The notes beneath the pieces are model-generated. The model had not been told where the DNA came from. It worked only from the letters and a program-made list of their open reading frames with translations, and made no database searches. Shown one piece after another: positions 24,466 through 38,230 of a DNA stretch of 64,000 bases. The stretch is from Oikopleura dioica (Eukaryota > Animalia > Chordata), in contig OU015566.1 in assembly GCA_907165135.1 (NCBI GenBank), forward strand, positions 4,526,001-4,590,000, given 5' to 3'. Positions within the stretch are counted from its first letter, which is position 1. Each line of letters opens with the position of its first letter. The translations under genes and the position numbers were made by a program.

Positions 24466-24714
24466 TCCTGTTCAACCCTTCTCAATTGATAGGAAAACCT
24501 ATTTTCTCAAAAATAAACCTAGTATCAAACATTTCATTTGTCATTTCTGATAACCAGGTCATATTCGAACAGACACAGTTTCTGAGAAGCAGGAAATTGT
24601 ATCGCCTTATTGATGGTTTTTGAAAAGATTTCTATGCCAACCAAGCGCTTTCAAAGCGGATAAATTATCACAGGGTGATCTTCTCCGGAAGTGAGCTTCA
24701 CTTGCGGCGAGAGA

Positions 24715-27455
24715 ATGTCTAACAAGGTGTTAATCAATATCTTCTTAAGAACCCCCGTCAGCTTTTTTCGAAAATTCAAATTTCGGAATTTCAAAATTTT
24801 GACCCCGGAAATGGATTTTACGGGTCAAAAAATTTTGAGGCCTCATTTTTTGGGGTCTATCTCGACTCCTTCACCCTTAAAATCGCGTTTGAAAATTAGA
24901 TTTTTCGCCGAAAATTGACGAATTTGCCCTAATTTTGGCAAAAATACTGATATTTCTTGGTCAAAAATTCCTTTTGTCAAATTTTTGAAGCAAGTTTAAC
25001 CTGAGGACGCATTGAGAACCAAAAATATGGTGTTTTTAAAAAATTCAATTTTTTTAAGAAAAAACCTGACGGGGGGGGGGGTCCTTAATCGACAGATTTC
25101 TGAAACAGAATTTCGATTAGGTCGGAGCTGATCCGGAAGTCCCGGCGAAGAAACCAAAAGAAGAAGAACCAGAGCAAGAATCATGGGGTCGCCATCTCGA
25201 ATTCGTCCTTTCCTGCATCGGCTACTGCGTCGGCCTTGGTAATGTCTGGCGATTTCCCTACCTCGCGTATCAAAATGGAGGGGGAGTGTTTTTCATTCCA
25301 TACTTTTTGATGCTTTTTCTTTGCGGTATTCCACTGTTTTACACTGAATTGGCGATGGGCCAGTTCTCCGGGCTCGGAACGCTGGGAGTCTGGAAAGCTG
25401 TTCCGTGCTTCAAGGGAATTGGATACGGAATGATTCTTGTCAGGTGCGTGTCAATAAGCGATTGAAAAATCATGGGAATTTAGCTTCATGGTGATTATTT
25501 ACTACAATGTCGTAATTGCCTGGTCCGTGCACTACCTCTTCTCGGGCTTTCAAAAAGTTCTGCCTTGGACAAAATGTGATGAGTGGTGGAATACTCCCAT
25601 CACAAAGGTATCAGGATCGTTTTCTTCCTTGTTTTCATTTCTATAAGGGACAATGCGCGATTTCAAAAGCAGTTGCTGAGGATCAGCTTGATTGCCGAGC
25701 GGATAATGTTGCAGAATACGACCGATTATTTTGGAAATTTAATGCGACGGTCAGAGCTGAATGGGAACCGGTCCTGAAGAATCAATACAAGTAGGCGAAA
25801 AGACTGAGCGTTCATGAAATCTCTTTTAGTTTGACAAATGATCAAATCGCCGATGTTTTCAACGCTCAAATCAAAGCTGAGCCTTCTGAAGAATACTGGT
25901 TTCGACGAGTTCTTCAGTTGAATGATGAATTTACCGATAATGGTGATTCTTCTGATTCTCCAGGGACATATAGAATTTAGGCGGAAAATACACGATGGAC
26001 GAATCCGGAAATGTCCTTGGCGATTTGGTCGGAAGCAATCTTTTTGCCTGGGTCCTGGTCTTCCTCTGTCTTTTCAAAGGTAAATTTTTCTAGAAATCAA
26101 AGCTCAACTGCTTTTTCTAGGAATCGCTTCAAGCGGAAAAGTCGTCTATTTCACCGCCACTTTTCCCTATCTTGTTCTTCTCATTCTCGTCATTTTCGGC
26201 GCAACCCTCGAAGGAGCTGGTGATGGAATCGACTTTTACCTCCGACCAGATGTTTCAAAACTCTCCGATGCCGGAGTTTGGTCTGCCGCTGCTACTCAGA
26301 TTTTCTTCTCGCTTGGTGTCAGTTTTGGAGGATTGATGGTCATGGCCAGCTACAATAAGTTTTCAAACAATATTCTAAAGGAACATTTTCAGAAATGAAA
26401 AAAAAATGATGATTATTTCAAAAGATATTTTTCTGAATTTGAAACAAAGGATACTCTTATTGTCGCGCTGGGAAATTGCTTTACGTCTGTTTTTGCTGGG
26501 TTCGGCGTTTTCTCGTTTCTCGGTCACATGGCTTTCAAGTACAGGAGTTTTTAAAAAGCTACGTAAAGTTGACTCTAGAAATTGCGTTTCCGTCGATGCT
26601 GTTGTCAAAAGCGGACCTGGTCTCGCGTTCATCGCCTATCCTGAAGCAATGGGACTTCTTGGCGGTGTTGGACCATTCATTTCATGTAAAAGTCCCTTTT
26701 TCGCGAGAAAGCTTACCATTCTCTAGTTTTGTTCTTTGTCATGTTGATCACTCTCGGTCTTGACTCTCAATTTGCCATGGTCGACATCGGAGTTGCTGGA
26801 TTCTTCGACGAGTTTCCGCAGTTCAAAAAGGGATGGAAGAAGACAATCACAGTCGGAATCTACTGTTTGATCGGATTTCTGCTCGGGTTTCCACTCATGA
26901 CTCAAGCCGGTCTTCACTGGTTCAACTTGATTAATGACTATTCTGTAAGTGTTCCTTGATTCCTTCCCTTACAATTTTTAGGCATACCATGGTCTGCTGA
27001 TTTTGGCACTCTTCTTTACAATCACGGTTCATTTTGTCTACGGATTTGTGACCGAAAAGTTCCGATTTTTGAGCAACATCAAAGAAATGAATGGTAAGTC
27101 AGCCATTTCTTCCCTGTTTTTAACAAAAAATAGGTGAAATGAATATCATTGCGAAGGGATATTTCTACGCAAACTGGTACGGTCTGACTCCTGCTATGAT
27201 CATTTTCATTGTTGGAATGGCTTTTGCTGGCTATAAAACAATCGGAGAAGCGTATGGAGATGAGGACGTTTACCCTTCTTGGACTAATAATCTCGGTGAG
27301 TGAACCTTTTTCAGGGCTGAAACCGGATGAATTAAGCTATGGTTATGTCCATGTCTCCAGTTATCGTCACTGTTGTTTACCTGGTCTACTCGCTGATCAT
27401 CACAAAAGGAAAAAGCATCTACCCAGCTGAAGATTTCAAGCCAAAAGCGCATTGA
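24715..27455 (+). CDS. SLC6 (NSS) sodium-dependent neurotransmitter/amino-acid transporter
   Basis: [79 protein letters not shown]. Confidence 0.95.
24749..25084. mobile_element. TTAA-flanked MITE family D in SLC6 intron 1
   Basis: ttaa|gaacccccgtcag ... ctgacggggggggggtcc|ttaa; homologous to 15166-15466. Confidence 0.85.
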
Positions 27456-27728
27456 TAAACTTTCAAATTATTTTATGCCTCAAATACTAAATAAATAAAG
27501 AGTTTTAAACTGGGGGAAAATTCCGTTGATCAAGAAAGCAGAATCTTTCATACCAACGTAACAGCGTTTCTTTCTTTGGAAGAAAAGCTGATTGCGCAAC
27601 CAAATGAGAAAACTCCTCCTGGCTGTCTATAGAGGAGTTTTCTTCCAGTTCAAGTTCTCATCGAAGAACAGAGAGAACTTTAAATTGCTCATTTTGTCCA
27701 CGTTTAAATTTCAAATTATTATTCAGAC

Positions 27729-29630
27729 ATGATTTATCTCAACGTGATACTTTTGATATCATTCGTCGCCGCAAACAATGTCCATCACAAAGCTGATTTT
27801 GAGCTCGATTTTCCAGCCCTTGATTTTTCACTTCAAAGGGATAATTATTCTTGCCCGTTAGTAATTTCATTTAATTCAAAGTTAAATTTATAAGGGACTC
27901 TGACCTTGGAAATCTTTGCGACACGGAATGCCGTGTCGATTACATTGGTTGTCGACAAGAATGTACCGAAATTTACTGCGAAAAGTAACTGAGTTAAGAG
28001 GCCCAGTTTTTTATTTAAAATTAAGCGCCTGCGTTGCTGAATATTCTGACTGTTTGTCCGGATGGTGAAATAATAACCAAAAGCTATTTTTTATTCTTAA
28101 ATAGTCCATGCGGCCTTAACTGCCCTAACGGTTGCGATGGATGTCCGAATGAATTGTGTGACTTGAGTCCTTGTCAGGACCTTGATAACAACAATGATTT
28201 CAAGCGATGCAAGAAAGAAGTCAAAAAAGTAGAGTTTTTCTATGAGACTATGAGTATCGATAAATAATTTTCAAAAGGAATTCGACAAATGCTACGATGA
28301 GTGTAATAACAATCTTGCCTGCATTAATGGGTGTACAGATGCAATGCTTGAGAGTCTTTACGGGACGAGTTTAAATATAGATAATTTCGATGTTATAATA
28401 AGACGATGTTTAAACGATAAACTTCTCCAGATTGCCCTTGCTTTGGTGGCTGCCCTCAGAGCTGTCCATTTTGTTCAAATTACGACGTATGTATATTTCT
28501 TTATTAAAAAATCTGAATTACAAATTCAAGTGTTCTCCTAAAGAATTTATCGTTTTCTATGAATCTGGAGCATATCTTATGAAAACCGATGGGACCATAG
28601 AAGAAAAACGATATGATACACCTACAGGCTTAGCCGACTACACCTACAGATCAAGTGGCGCAGTCTTTAAGGGAGAATTCTTCATTTTTGGTGGTACAAA
28701 AGGGACAAATTCATATAAAAAAGTAAGAAAGAGTAGGTTGTTTAAAAAAAAATAATTAGATTGCCAAATTAAATAGATGTCGATTCGAGGAATTATCTTT
28801 TACTCTGCCTTATAAGAATGTTTTCATTTATTCGTCCCTTTATAATTAATATTCGAACAGTATCGGATGACATCAAATTGATAAATATAAAAACAAAAAA
28901 GCCACGATTTACAAAATGCCGCTGTTACTCTTCAAGATGAGTCAAAAGGTAATTCTTCAAAATGAATGAAGAAAATTAATTCATAACTTAAAGTTCTTCT
29001 TTGCTTCACGAGCGGGCAATCCTACAGAAAATGTCAGTATTTCATTGGCACAAGTGCGGGTTTGGATAGCAATCAGCTTGTTGGAACACATCGTGAAGGC
29101 TGTGTAACTCGTCATGAAGATAAAATTCTTGGTAATTAACAAAGTCATTCACTATTTTTATCTACACTTATTAAGCCGTTGGAGATTACGGCGGCGACAA
29201 TTCAGTAGCAGAATTACGTGATCCTCAATCTGGACAATGGTCAAGAACCACAAATTTTCCAGTTACTGGTTCAAGCTCTTATCATTCATGCCTTGCCGTT
29301 TCCGACGGTTCACTTGTCATTGGCGGATACCAAGTTCCTAGAAATGTTCATCTTTTCAAGGCGGAAAAATGGTCGATGATTGGGACGCTCGAATCTGTAA
29401 AATCTTTATTGAAATTTATAAAAACTTTCATTTAGAGTCATCAATTTCCTGCATCGATTGCGTACGATGACTACATTTATACCGTTGGAAATAATAACAA
29501 TGAAGTTTTTTTCTACGATAAAGATGAACTTGTTGACTATCTTCAAATTGAATCCCAAATTCTATACACGAATTCGAATTCTCAAAATTATCCACTTGCC
29601 GTGGATGCAAAATATGACAGCTGTGTCTAA
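27729..29630 (+). CDS. Secreted Cys-rich + Kelch-like beta-propeller protein (family expanded in Oikopleura)
   Basis: Signal peptide MIYLNVILLISFVAA; CDTECRVDYIGCRQEC, PCGLNCPNGCDGCPNELC; FFIFGG and LVIGG Kelch-like blades; ends YDSCV*. Confidence 0.75.
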
Positions 29631-29764
29631 ATTTAAAAATTCTTACTTCACGCCCTTAATAAAATCAAGTGATTTGATTCTGTTCGACGAGAAAAATTCT
29701 TACGCACGCATAATTTTATGCATTGAATACGAACTGGTCGAGCAAAAGCTTGTATTCACTAACG

Positions 29765-31524
29765 ATGCGGCTCGGGTGTAGAATAATTGTTATTGCATTT
29801 TATTCAATCGGTATAATTTTTACAGCAGTTAAAGTGAAAGAGAATGTCCAGCGATACCTCGAGGAATTTTTCAAAAATTTCAAGCAACTTCTTGTTGCTA
29901 TATTTTTGAGAAAATAAAAGTACCCAACACTTCTTTCCGACAAAACAACGAAGATGGAAGAAGTCAGCTTCCCGAAAATTACACTTTGTCCTTATCAATC
30001 TCACTCTGCTGTCAAAAACGGGCTAAAGGATTTTTCTTTTGACATCTAAAAGAAGACGCTCAAGCCCAAATTTAGACTTCGCCACAAATATCCCTTTCTG
30101 AACATGACTCTGATCGAAGCTCTCTACGGCCGTGCTGATTCTCGTCTTTCCCTTAATCCAGATCTTCTCCAGCATCTCCGAAACATCTCAATGACAAAAT
30201 TTCTCGAAGACACTCATCCCCTCATGCATATCAACTACAGTTCTTTCTCATTTGGAACTGAGGAAATTTCCGTAAAAGAATGGAAAGTCATCAAGACAAA
30301 AATTGGCCTCTGCCTCCAGGTAAGAAACTGTCAATCGATAAGTGGTTAGTTGTACTTAGTTCGACATTCGCGAAGTGATCACGAGCCAAAACCGCACTTT
30401 TGGGCTCAGTGACGTTTTCTCCCTCGGCGTGATGGTGATCACTAATGAATCTGACGCGACTTACGGCTGGTTTGGGTACATGCGAGGCATTAACGTCTAT
30501 TACAACTACAAAGGTACATCATCAGAAAATCTAATCAAAGAGATTAATTTTTCAGACGACCTCGTCGAAGAGGATGAAAACTCTCTTTCCCTTTCTCATC
30601 AGCTCTCTCCCACCGTCTTTTTCCAACTCCATCGAAATTCTTTTCTCGCTCACCCTTACGGCAGCTGCACTAAGCGCCAGAATCTCCAGCATCACGGAGA
30701 AGAAGAAGATTCGACGGCAGGTCACGTGGTCAAGCGAGGCTATTGCATGTCCCGAGCGTTTTTTCAGTGGATTTACGACTTTTGCGATTGCTTTCCTGTT
30801 CATATGACCGATCTCGAATTCAAGTAAGAATTTTTCTTTGAAACCCATTCAATTTCTCGAAGGATAAAAATGAAGAACGGAAGCGAGGTTCATTCCGAAT
30901 TATTGCGAGTTTGCGACATGCACGATGCTGTTTTCTGCGTGTCAAAAGTGATCGATTCGAACGGCCCTGACTTGGACCAAGATTGTGAAAAACCATGTGA
31001 TAGTTTTCACTTTCGCCAGACTCATATCAACTACCGTGTGCCTCCTCTCGTCGGAGTTTTTGATCGAACAAAGTAAACTTCAAATTTTTGACTGAAAAGG
31101 GGCAAATTTTAGGCTTCAAATGACAACAGCTGTGTTCAAAACTGCTTCAAATACGATCAAAATTACAGAACAGACCCCAGCTTATAAGCGAAATCAACTG
31201 GTTTCCGACATTGGTGGAACATGCGGGCTGTTTCTTGGGCTGAGCGTTTTGAAAGTCGTCATGGTCACAAAAGACTTTTTGACGAAAAAACTCAACGTTT
31301 ACGGTAATCAACAGCTTTGTCTTCGTAAAGACCCCTTTTCTTCAAATGATTTTCTAGCCTATCGAGCAATAAAAATGCTAAAAATCAAGCATGCCGAAAT
31401 CCAAAAACGCCGAGCTGCTCGTTCAAATATTCGCGAAATCGCCACTTCTCCTTACCGTTCCCCAAATACTGAGATTTCATATGCTGATTCAAAGTTCTTC
31501 GACTCCTATATCAAGGACAACTGA
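29765..31524 (+). CDS. DEG/ENaC/ASIC-family ion channel (start uncertain)
   Basis: TM1 then RYLE|YPTL...FPKITLC; Cys-rich ectodomain (CDCFP, CEKPC); TM2 signature SDIGGTCGLFLGLSVL. Confidence 0.88.
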
Positions 31525-31529
31525 ACTGT

Positions 31530-32271
31530 GAAAGAATATATCATGATCTTTGTTGTGTTTAATTTCGATAAGATTTTTTTCTTGCTCTGGACAGACTTGT
31601 TGAACTTTGACTTTTTCGCAAACTTGTTCTTGATCCTTCTAGATCTTGAGTTGATCTGCTTTTTCTGACGCCTTCTAGAACGCCGAACATTGAGTATTTC
31701 CCTGTCTCTTCGTCCCGCCAGTCCCCGTATTCCTTAGATAGAGCTAGAATTGGTCAGAAAACGCGGGAATTTACTGTATTACGCGGTTGATTTTGGACTT
31801 CTTCAGAAACAGTTCTTGTTTTTCTCATTTTTACCGAAGATGTGCTCTGCCGACTTGAATCGTTTCTCACGAAATTCGAATCTAAGAAAGTTTTCTTTGA
31901 AAAATCGACCAGATTTATGGCTGCTTACTTCTTGATTTTTCCTTCAAACTTGATTTAGATATTGACCTCGCGATTTGAAGCTGACCAAAAACTGCATCGA
32001 TCGATTTTCTCACTATTAAAGGTCTTCAAATATCTCCTCAATTCGAAGATCCTTCTATTTTTCCCTTTATTTGAACCCTTCCTGAGCCCCTCCTACTCGA
32101 AGGAGCGGATAAAAAGGGGTTGTTTTTCTCCGTCGGGGAACTTCTTTTGCTCGATTTCGCAGATTTAGCTCGTCTTCTTTCGTATTTATCCCTCTCTTTT
32201 TCAATATTTTCTTCCTTCGAAAAATTTCTTTTAAAAAACCTTCTGATCTTTGTGAACATCAAAACTATCAA
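31530..32271 (-). CDS. Possible Lys/Arg/Ser-rich low-complexity gene
   Basis: ORF 32038-32271 and further stop-free basic stretches on the minus strand; exon chain not resolved. Confidence 0.3.
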
Positions 32272-32679
32272 ACAATTGCGGTGGGTTCAGAAATGCTTGA
32301 AATGCTGTATGATCCTAGAGTTGTTCAAACTTGACACCTTATAAAACTGTTCGCGCTAAAATTAACGGAAGCAAATCCTTTCAATTATCACTTCTTTTGG
32401 GAAACAGCGACAGTAAATTTCACTACTGTTCAAGAAAGAACTTTTGACTCATGCAGTAAAAAAGATATACTGTTTCTTTGTTACTCAGCATTCTTCCTGC
32501 TTATAATGGCGAAAAGAAAGCCTTTCTTCCTTGATTTCAAATAAGGGTTTACCAGTCGCTTTTTTCTTTAGTGACACCCTTATTTTGTCTTCAATATTTG
32601 CTTTTGCTTTACGAAATAAGGGTATCACAACGAAAAAAGTGAAGTTTTCGACGCCAAAATCGATGTTGACACCCTTAAA

Positions 32680-32797
32680 GCTTGGCTTCGAAACCTGTGT
32701 AGAAACCTGAGTCAGGGTCCGAAAAGATCGTCAATAATAGCCGCAAAGCTTTTTCAGGACCCTGACTCAGGTTTCCACACAGGTTATTGGCCCAAGC
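32680..32797. mobile_element. MITE family A, short copy
   Basis: aacctgtgtagaaacctgagtcagggtcc ... ggaccctgactcaggtttccacacaggtt. Confidence 0.85.
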
Positions 32798-33249
32798 TTT
32801 GAGCGCAAGTTTTAAATATATAATCTTTTATTTGATGGTCATTTGAAATTCCAATAAATGAAATTTGCACAAGAAAGAACTGTTTTGTTTTGATAAATGA
32901 GTACAGACAAATTTCAAAATAGAACACAATGATCTAATGATAATCATTTTTGCAAAGATGAGTACGGATGGTCTTTTTTATAAACGAGGTAGTAACCCAT
33001 CGATAAGTGCTTGTAATTGTCATTTTTGTGTTTTGCAATTTTAAGTACAGCTATTACAGTAGTAGCTCGGAAATAGAAAAAAATGGAAAACTAAAACTTT
33101 TAAATTAAGGCGGTGCCCAGCGATGTGTCAAGCTCACAAAGTCGATAATTGAGTCTGTAACCGATAAACAGATAAAAACATTGATAAGACTGGGCGAAGG
33201 GTAGGTCTGATGAGATTCTAGAGGCGCTACAGTGTCTTACAAGCGCAAA

Positions 33250-35130
33250 TTATTTACTAAGAAGGGCAGATTCTTCGCGATTGTTGTTGCTGTTGTAATT
33301 GTTGTTGTTGTTGTTTTCTTTGAGTTCAGCTTCGTCGGCATAGTACGGTTGCATGGAAGGCAGCTTTAGTGGAATTGGAGCCATGATGATTGCGCAGGCG
33401 AGGAAAAAGGCGATTGCGAGGTAGAAGACGTAAACCAGGTCAGCTGAAGAAAAAATGATGAAAAAGATGGTCTAGAGATCGGATTCTTACGGGCGACGGA
33501 AGTGGTAAACCATGCACCAATTGGTGGACCACCGACGAAGCCGACTCCCAACATGAGATTGACGTATCCCCAGACCTACAAATTGATCAAAAGTCTGCAG
33601 GAGTCAGTAAAAAAGTACCTCGACGGTTCGTTTCTGACCGAAAATATCAACAGTACAAGCCATGATCAGGCAGTTGAGGACTCCAGCGCAGAAGCCAACG
33701 ATAATGGCGTATGTGTACATCAAACTCACTGAAGAAAACACATCAACCTTCCGTACAATCGCTTTGTTTCTTACCGCTAAGGGGTTCTCCTTCTACCATC
33801 TGTGATTTTCCCATAATCGGCAGGGCACAAGCGGCAGCTCCGAGCAGCGAGAAAAGGATGTAAATCATCGCCTTCGAAATCTAAAAAGGGATCCATCATT
33901 TCAGGCCGTTTCTCAAATCAACTGTACCTTTTTCTGTTCTCCTGTAAGCGCACAAATGACACGAGCAATCAGCTCGGAGATACCAAGAGAAGACATGACT
34001 GCACCAGCTGTTGCTCTAGAATTCAGAGTAGACATGGAAATCAAGCATTTCTCAAACCTCGAGATGCCATTTTCAGTCATGAAGGGAACCGCAAAATCAA
34101 GAGGAATGACGAAGTCCAGCGACCAAGCAGTCGTTCCCCAGAGCCAGGCCCAGAAGACAATGGAGGAGAAGAGGTTCATTTTGTCGGCTGGATGGATCAT
34201 TTCTCGCTTGTCTGCTTTTTCGACCATTTGGTCTTTTTCTTCGTCCTCGGATTTTTTGTTTCCAACGGCTTTTTCCAATTCCTCACCTTGAAAAACAATT
34301 ATTAGGGCTGCAAAACATGCGGTCTTTTACCTTCAAGGGGCTGGCTCCAAAGAAGGACAGCAGGAAAAGCGACGAAAAGGAGAATCGCGCAGCAGGCATA
34401 ATTTCTAATTCTCCATCCATAGGCATCAGTAAGCGCGATCGTCATCGGACTCATAATCGTTGTTCCAAGGGAGACGCCGAAGCTGGCAATGACTGTGGCA
34501 GCGGTATTGAAGTCGGTCGGGAAAAGCTTAAAAATGACGAAAAATTCGTTCAAGATGGGGTCGTACCTTGTTGCACATTTGCATTCCCGTATTGTACAGC
34601 AAGTTATTCGCGACTCCGAAGGAGATTGAATAAGTAAAAATCCAAAAATAAAACGACGTCGACCAGGTAGTCAGCAAAAGGGCAATAATCGCGAATACGA
34701 CTCCAATGAGTCCCGTTTTTCGAAAGCCAAGCTTGGCGATGATAGGAGAAGTGACGACAGATGAACCGACAGTGAAGCCGAAAACGAGTGAGCCGACGAG
34801 GGAGAGCAGCGTGTCATTGACTTCGTAGCCGCGGAAGTTGTAGGGAAGCTCTTGGCAGCATCTGACGCCTTCGGAGGTGGAATTCGTGGCTTCGATCTTT
34901 TCGAATTTGAGACACTCGATAGTTTCGTCCAGGAGATCGTAGCTGCCATCAGAACTCTGAAATGATGTTGGAAAATAATGTCGAAAATGTGTTGGAAAAA
35001 AGTCGTTTTTACTTACAATTTGAAATTGATCTTCCGAAAGAGCAGTACAATTAAACGGCGTCCTCACAGCATCCTTCATTCCTCCAAAGGAAGTCATCGT
35101 TCCGGCCATGGGAATGAGCACGCCCATCAC
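33250..35130 (-). CDS. SLC16 (monocarboxylate/aromatic amino acid transporter)-like MFS protein; 5' end unresolved
   Basis: VGSLVFGFTVGSSVVTSPIIAKLGFRKTG, TYSISFGVANNLLY, LTDAYGWR, GISELIARVIC, VGGPPIGAW; ends ...EESALLSK*. Confidence 0.85.
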
Positions 35131-37524
35131 CTAAAGATTCCATTCGGCGAAGAAAAAAGGAATAATCAAAGCCTAAAAACAGGAATAACAACTTGCTTAA
35201 AGCTGTTTAATTATTCGTCATCGATTAGATTCAAATCCGTCAAACTTTTTCCTCCTAAGTAGTCATGTCACTCAGGTGTCGCAGTTATTGAATGTTTTAA
35301 TCAACTACTGCTTCGATTCAAACTTGATTTTTGGCAATTTTATTTTGAGAAATCGAGAAAAAACAACAAGGAAAAGAAAATTATGCTTACGCCTTTTATG
35401 AATGCTTTACTAGGTTCAGGTAAAAACTCAAGTTTATGAAGGGGTACCCCCTTAATAATTCGCTGAATTTTGAAGCTACCGGACTGTTTATGTTTGCAAT
35501 TATCGTCTGTATCATTTCCCTGTGTGCAAAAAGACAGGACAAACAGATTCAGTTGCGGAAGATTAAAGAAATTCAACAACGGTAAATTCACAAATATAGG
35601 GCATAATTATGCCGCATAAATTAATGATTCTTCAGAAAAATTAAAGAAACAGACTACCGACTTTCAATAATTCGACAAGAATTTGAAGAAAGAAAGTGAG
35701 ACTACTGTATTGATAACTGTACTTACTGTAAAACAGGCGATCCATCTGTAGGTATTGTAAGGTAGTCCGCAACGCTTTTCTGTCTCCATCGGGGAAGCCT
35801 TCCCGTCTAAATAAATCATTCCTTTGAAAACATGAAAGATAATGGACCATTATTAATGGTGAACAGTTGAGAAAATTAACCAGTCAGGGCAAAGATCCAA
35901 AATTTTGGTTTGATGAAAAAATTCTGGTTAAAATTTTTGGTAAGAATCACTTTTTAGGGTCACTTTTTAACCTCAAATTGAGCAATTGAGATAAAGAAAC
36001 TGCAATTTTTCTTGTAAATTAAGGGGGTAAACGGCAATAATTAGGATTTTCTCTACGATAATGAATATCGAAATAAAAACTGACACCCTTATTTAATCTC
36101 TTAAAATTATTCCAAGCCTTTTGGCGATTTCAAAACTGAAAAGAAAAATCAAAATATTGATGGGTATCTCCTTAAAATTGGCATAAAAATTGTTCATTTT
36201 GAAGCGATTTTCGCCGAACAGGTTAATTTTTTCATAGAATAGAGCAGTGAACGTCAGGTAAAGAAAGGCATGATTAAAAAATATCGGTCTTTCAGAGCTT
36301 CGACTTCAGAGTCATAAATTCCATCGCGGTTCGAGAAAATTGACTGGCAATCGATTCACATGCTTATTTCTCATGTACGTAGACAAGGTCAATTTTCGTC
36401 TCTCTCTTTCTTTGGATGGCCTTAATTAACCCTCTTGGGATTTCAATTTTCTTGTTTTTTTCTCTTGAAAAAAGCTCTGATTTCGCAATTTGCCAAGTCT
36501 TTAAAGAGAGTAAGTTCGAGCTAAATAAATACATACAAGTAAATCAAATAGTGACTCTACTGACGCCTAGCCAAATTACCCAATCTTACTACATTCAAGA
36601 TTTCAATAAAGTTGTTTTCAGAACATTTTTTCTCTTACTGATAAAAAATGGCTCTTATACCAGTCTTCAACTGCCAATTACGCAGGAAAAAACTGACGTA
36701 ACAAAGTGGAGGGCTCAGAAGGTGACAATTCCGCCCTAGAGCACTTTTTGAGCTGGAATTTAATTCTGATCATTGTGAAGAAAATATTCATAATGACCAA
36801 AAATAATGACCAAAAATGCGATTTCTTAAAAATAATTTTTTTTGACAAATCTTTTTGGTCGGAATTTTTGGTGAAGATTTTTGAACCATAATTATTGGTC
36901 ACAAAAATGATATCACTAAAAATGACCAAATAGACTACTTCATTTTGGTTATTTTTGATGATAAAATTTTTGTGATCAATAATGATGGCTCAAAAACTTG
37001 ACCCCGAAATCCGACCAAAAAGATGATTTTTTAACCGAAAAATCATATTTTAGTTCATTTTTTCTGACAGGAAACTGAGCTTATTTTTTAGAAATTAATT
37101 TCCTAAATTTTTTTAAAAAAGCTTCGTATTCTTTTCTCTTGATAATTTTTCTTCATTTTTCTTTTTCTCTATTTTCCGTCTTGTCAAAATCAGCGCATTT
37201 CATCAAAATAAAAAAAACGAACTTGGCAGAGGCTCAGAAAAAAAGAATTGTGAAGTTTTTGTCGCGATTGAGGAGCGGTTCGATTGGGCCTGGCACAAGG
37301 CCAAAAGATTATTACAAATTAGATGGGACCTTCATGTTGCAATTTTGCGCTTTGGAATTTCTCACTTTCTGGCTCTTTTATGAACTTGCAAGGCTGATAG
37401 ACTTTTCTCAAGTCTGAAAGGTTGAGAAGATTCTTACATTTGACGTTGACAATCGATGATAAGAATTGCATATTTCGTCAGAAGCATTGAACTGATAAGA
37501 CTCTTTCTCAAACTGACTTTCTCG

Positions 37525-38230
37525 CAGACGATTTTCAATAAGGATTTCTGAGTGAGATCCTGACCCCCATTTTTAATAGCCCACAGCGCTAGAAAGAGCG
37601 TTAAAAATTATGCTAGATGAAAATTGTTGATTGCGGGTGAAAGAATGAGTCAGCTCAGTATATCAATTTAGCAAATTTATTTTCGACTGGTAATTTGGTT
37701 GCAGTGCAGGATCGAATTAGAAGGAACGCCGAAAAAGAAAGATGAACAACTAAATACTTTATAATCTTAGTAGGCTACTACTTGTAGTAGGTAGTAGGTT
37801 AATGATTTGACCGAAATAAATCAGCAATCATCAAAGTCTGTGGTAGTAGCAAGATCTTCGTAGAAGTCATTTAGGTCTAAAATATATAAAATAATTAAAT
37901 GAATACGATTATTACCATCAATGTTGCCAACGATGTCGGAGCTGAATTGATCGGGCATTTTGTCAAAGGTCGAATGTTTTTACAAAAAAATTCTATTGAA
38001 AAATATTTGTTGGAAAAAAGCGGCTACCTCGGTATGTTTGATTTCTCGAGAGTGAGAAGGCGTTTAAAACTTCGACTTTTACGCTCAAAAGGGAAATGTA
38101 AAGAGGGAAAGCCTACTAAGCGATCATAAAAATTAATTCGCCATCTAGAGTTATTTTTGACGCTCTTTCTGATGGGCAAATAAAAAGTGGGGGTCAAGAT
38201 TTCACTTAGAAATCCTTATTAAAAATCGTC
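37525..38230. repeat. ~90-bp inverted repeat pair (probable decayed foldback/MITE)
   Basis: 37525-37620 is the reverse complement of 38133-38230 (catctag...acgctctttct...gggggtca.gat.tcact.agaaatccttatt.aaaatcgtc). Confidence 0.65.

Noticed and set aside
35340-38130. Scattered 60-107 aa ORFs as genes (35340-35850, 36416-36739, 37139-37417, 37899-38129, also 41004-41189)
   Set aside because: No recognisable motifs or consistent exon chain; several overlap AT-rich repeats. Real genes cannot be excluded.
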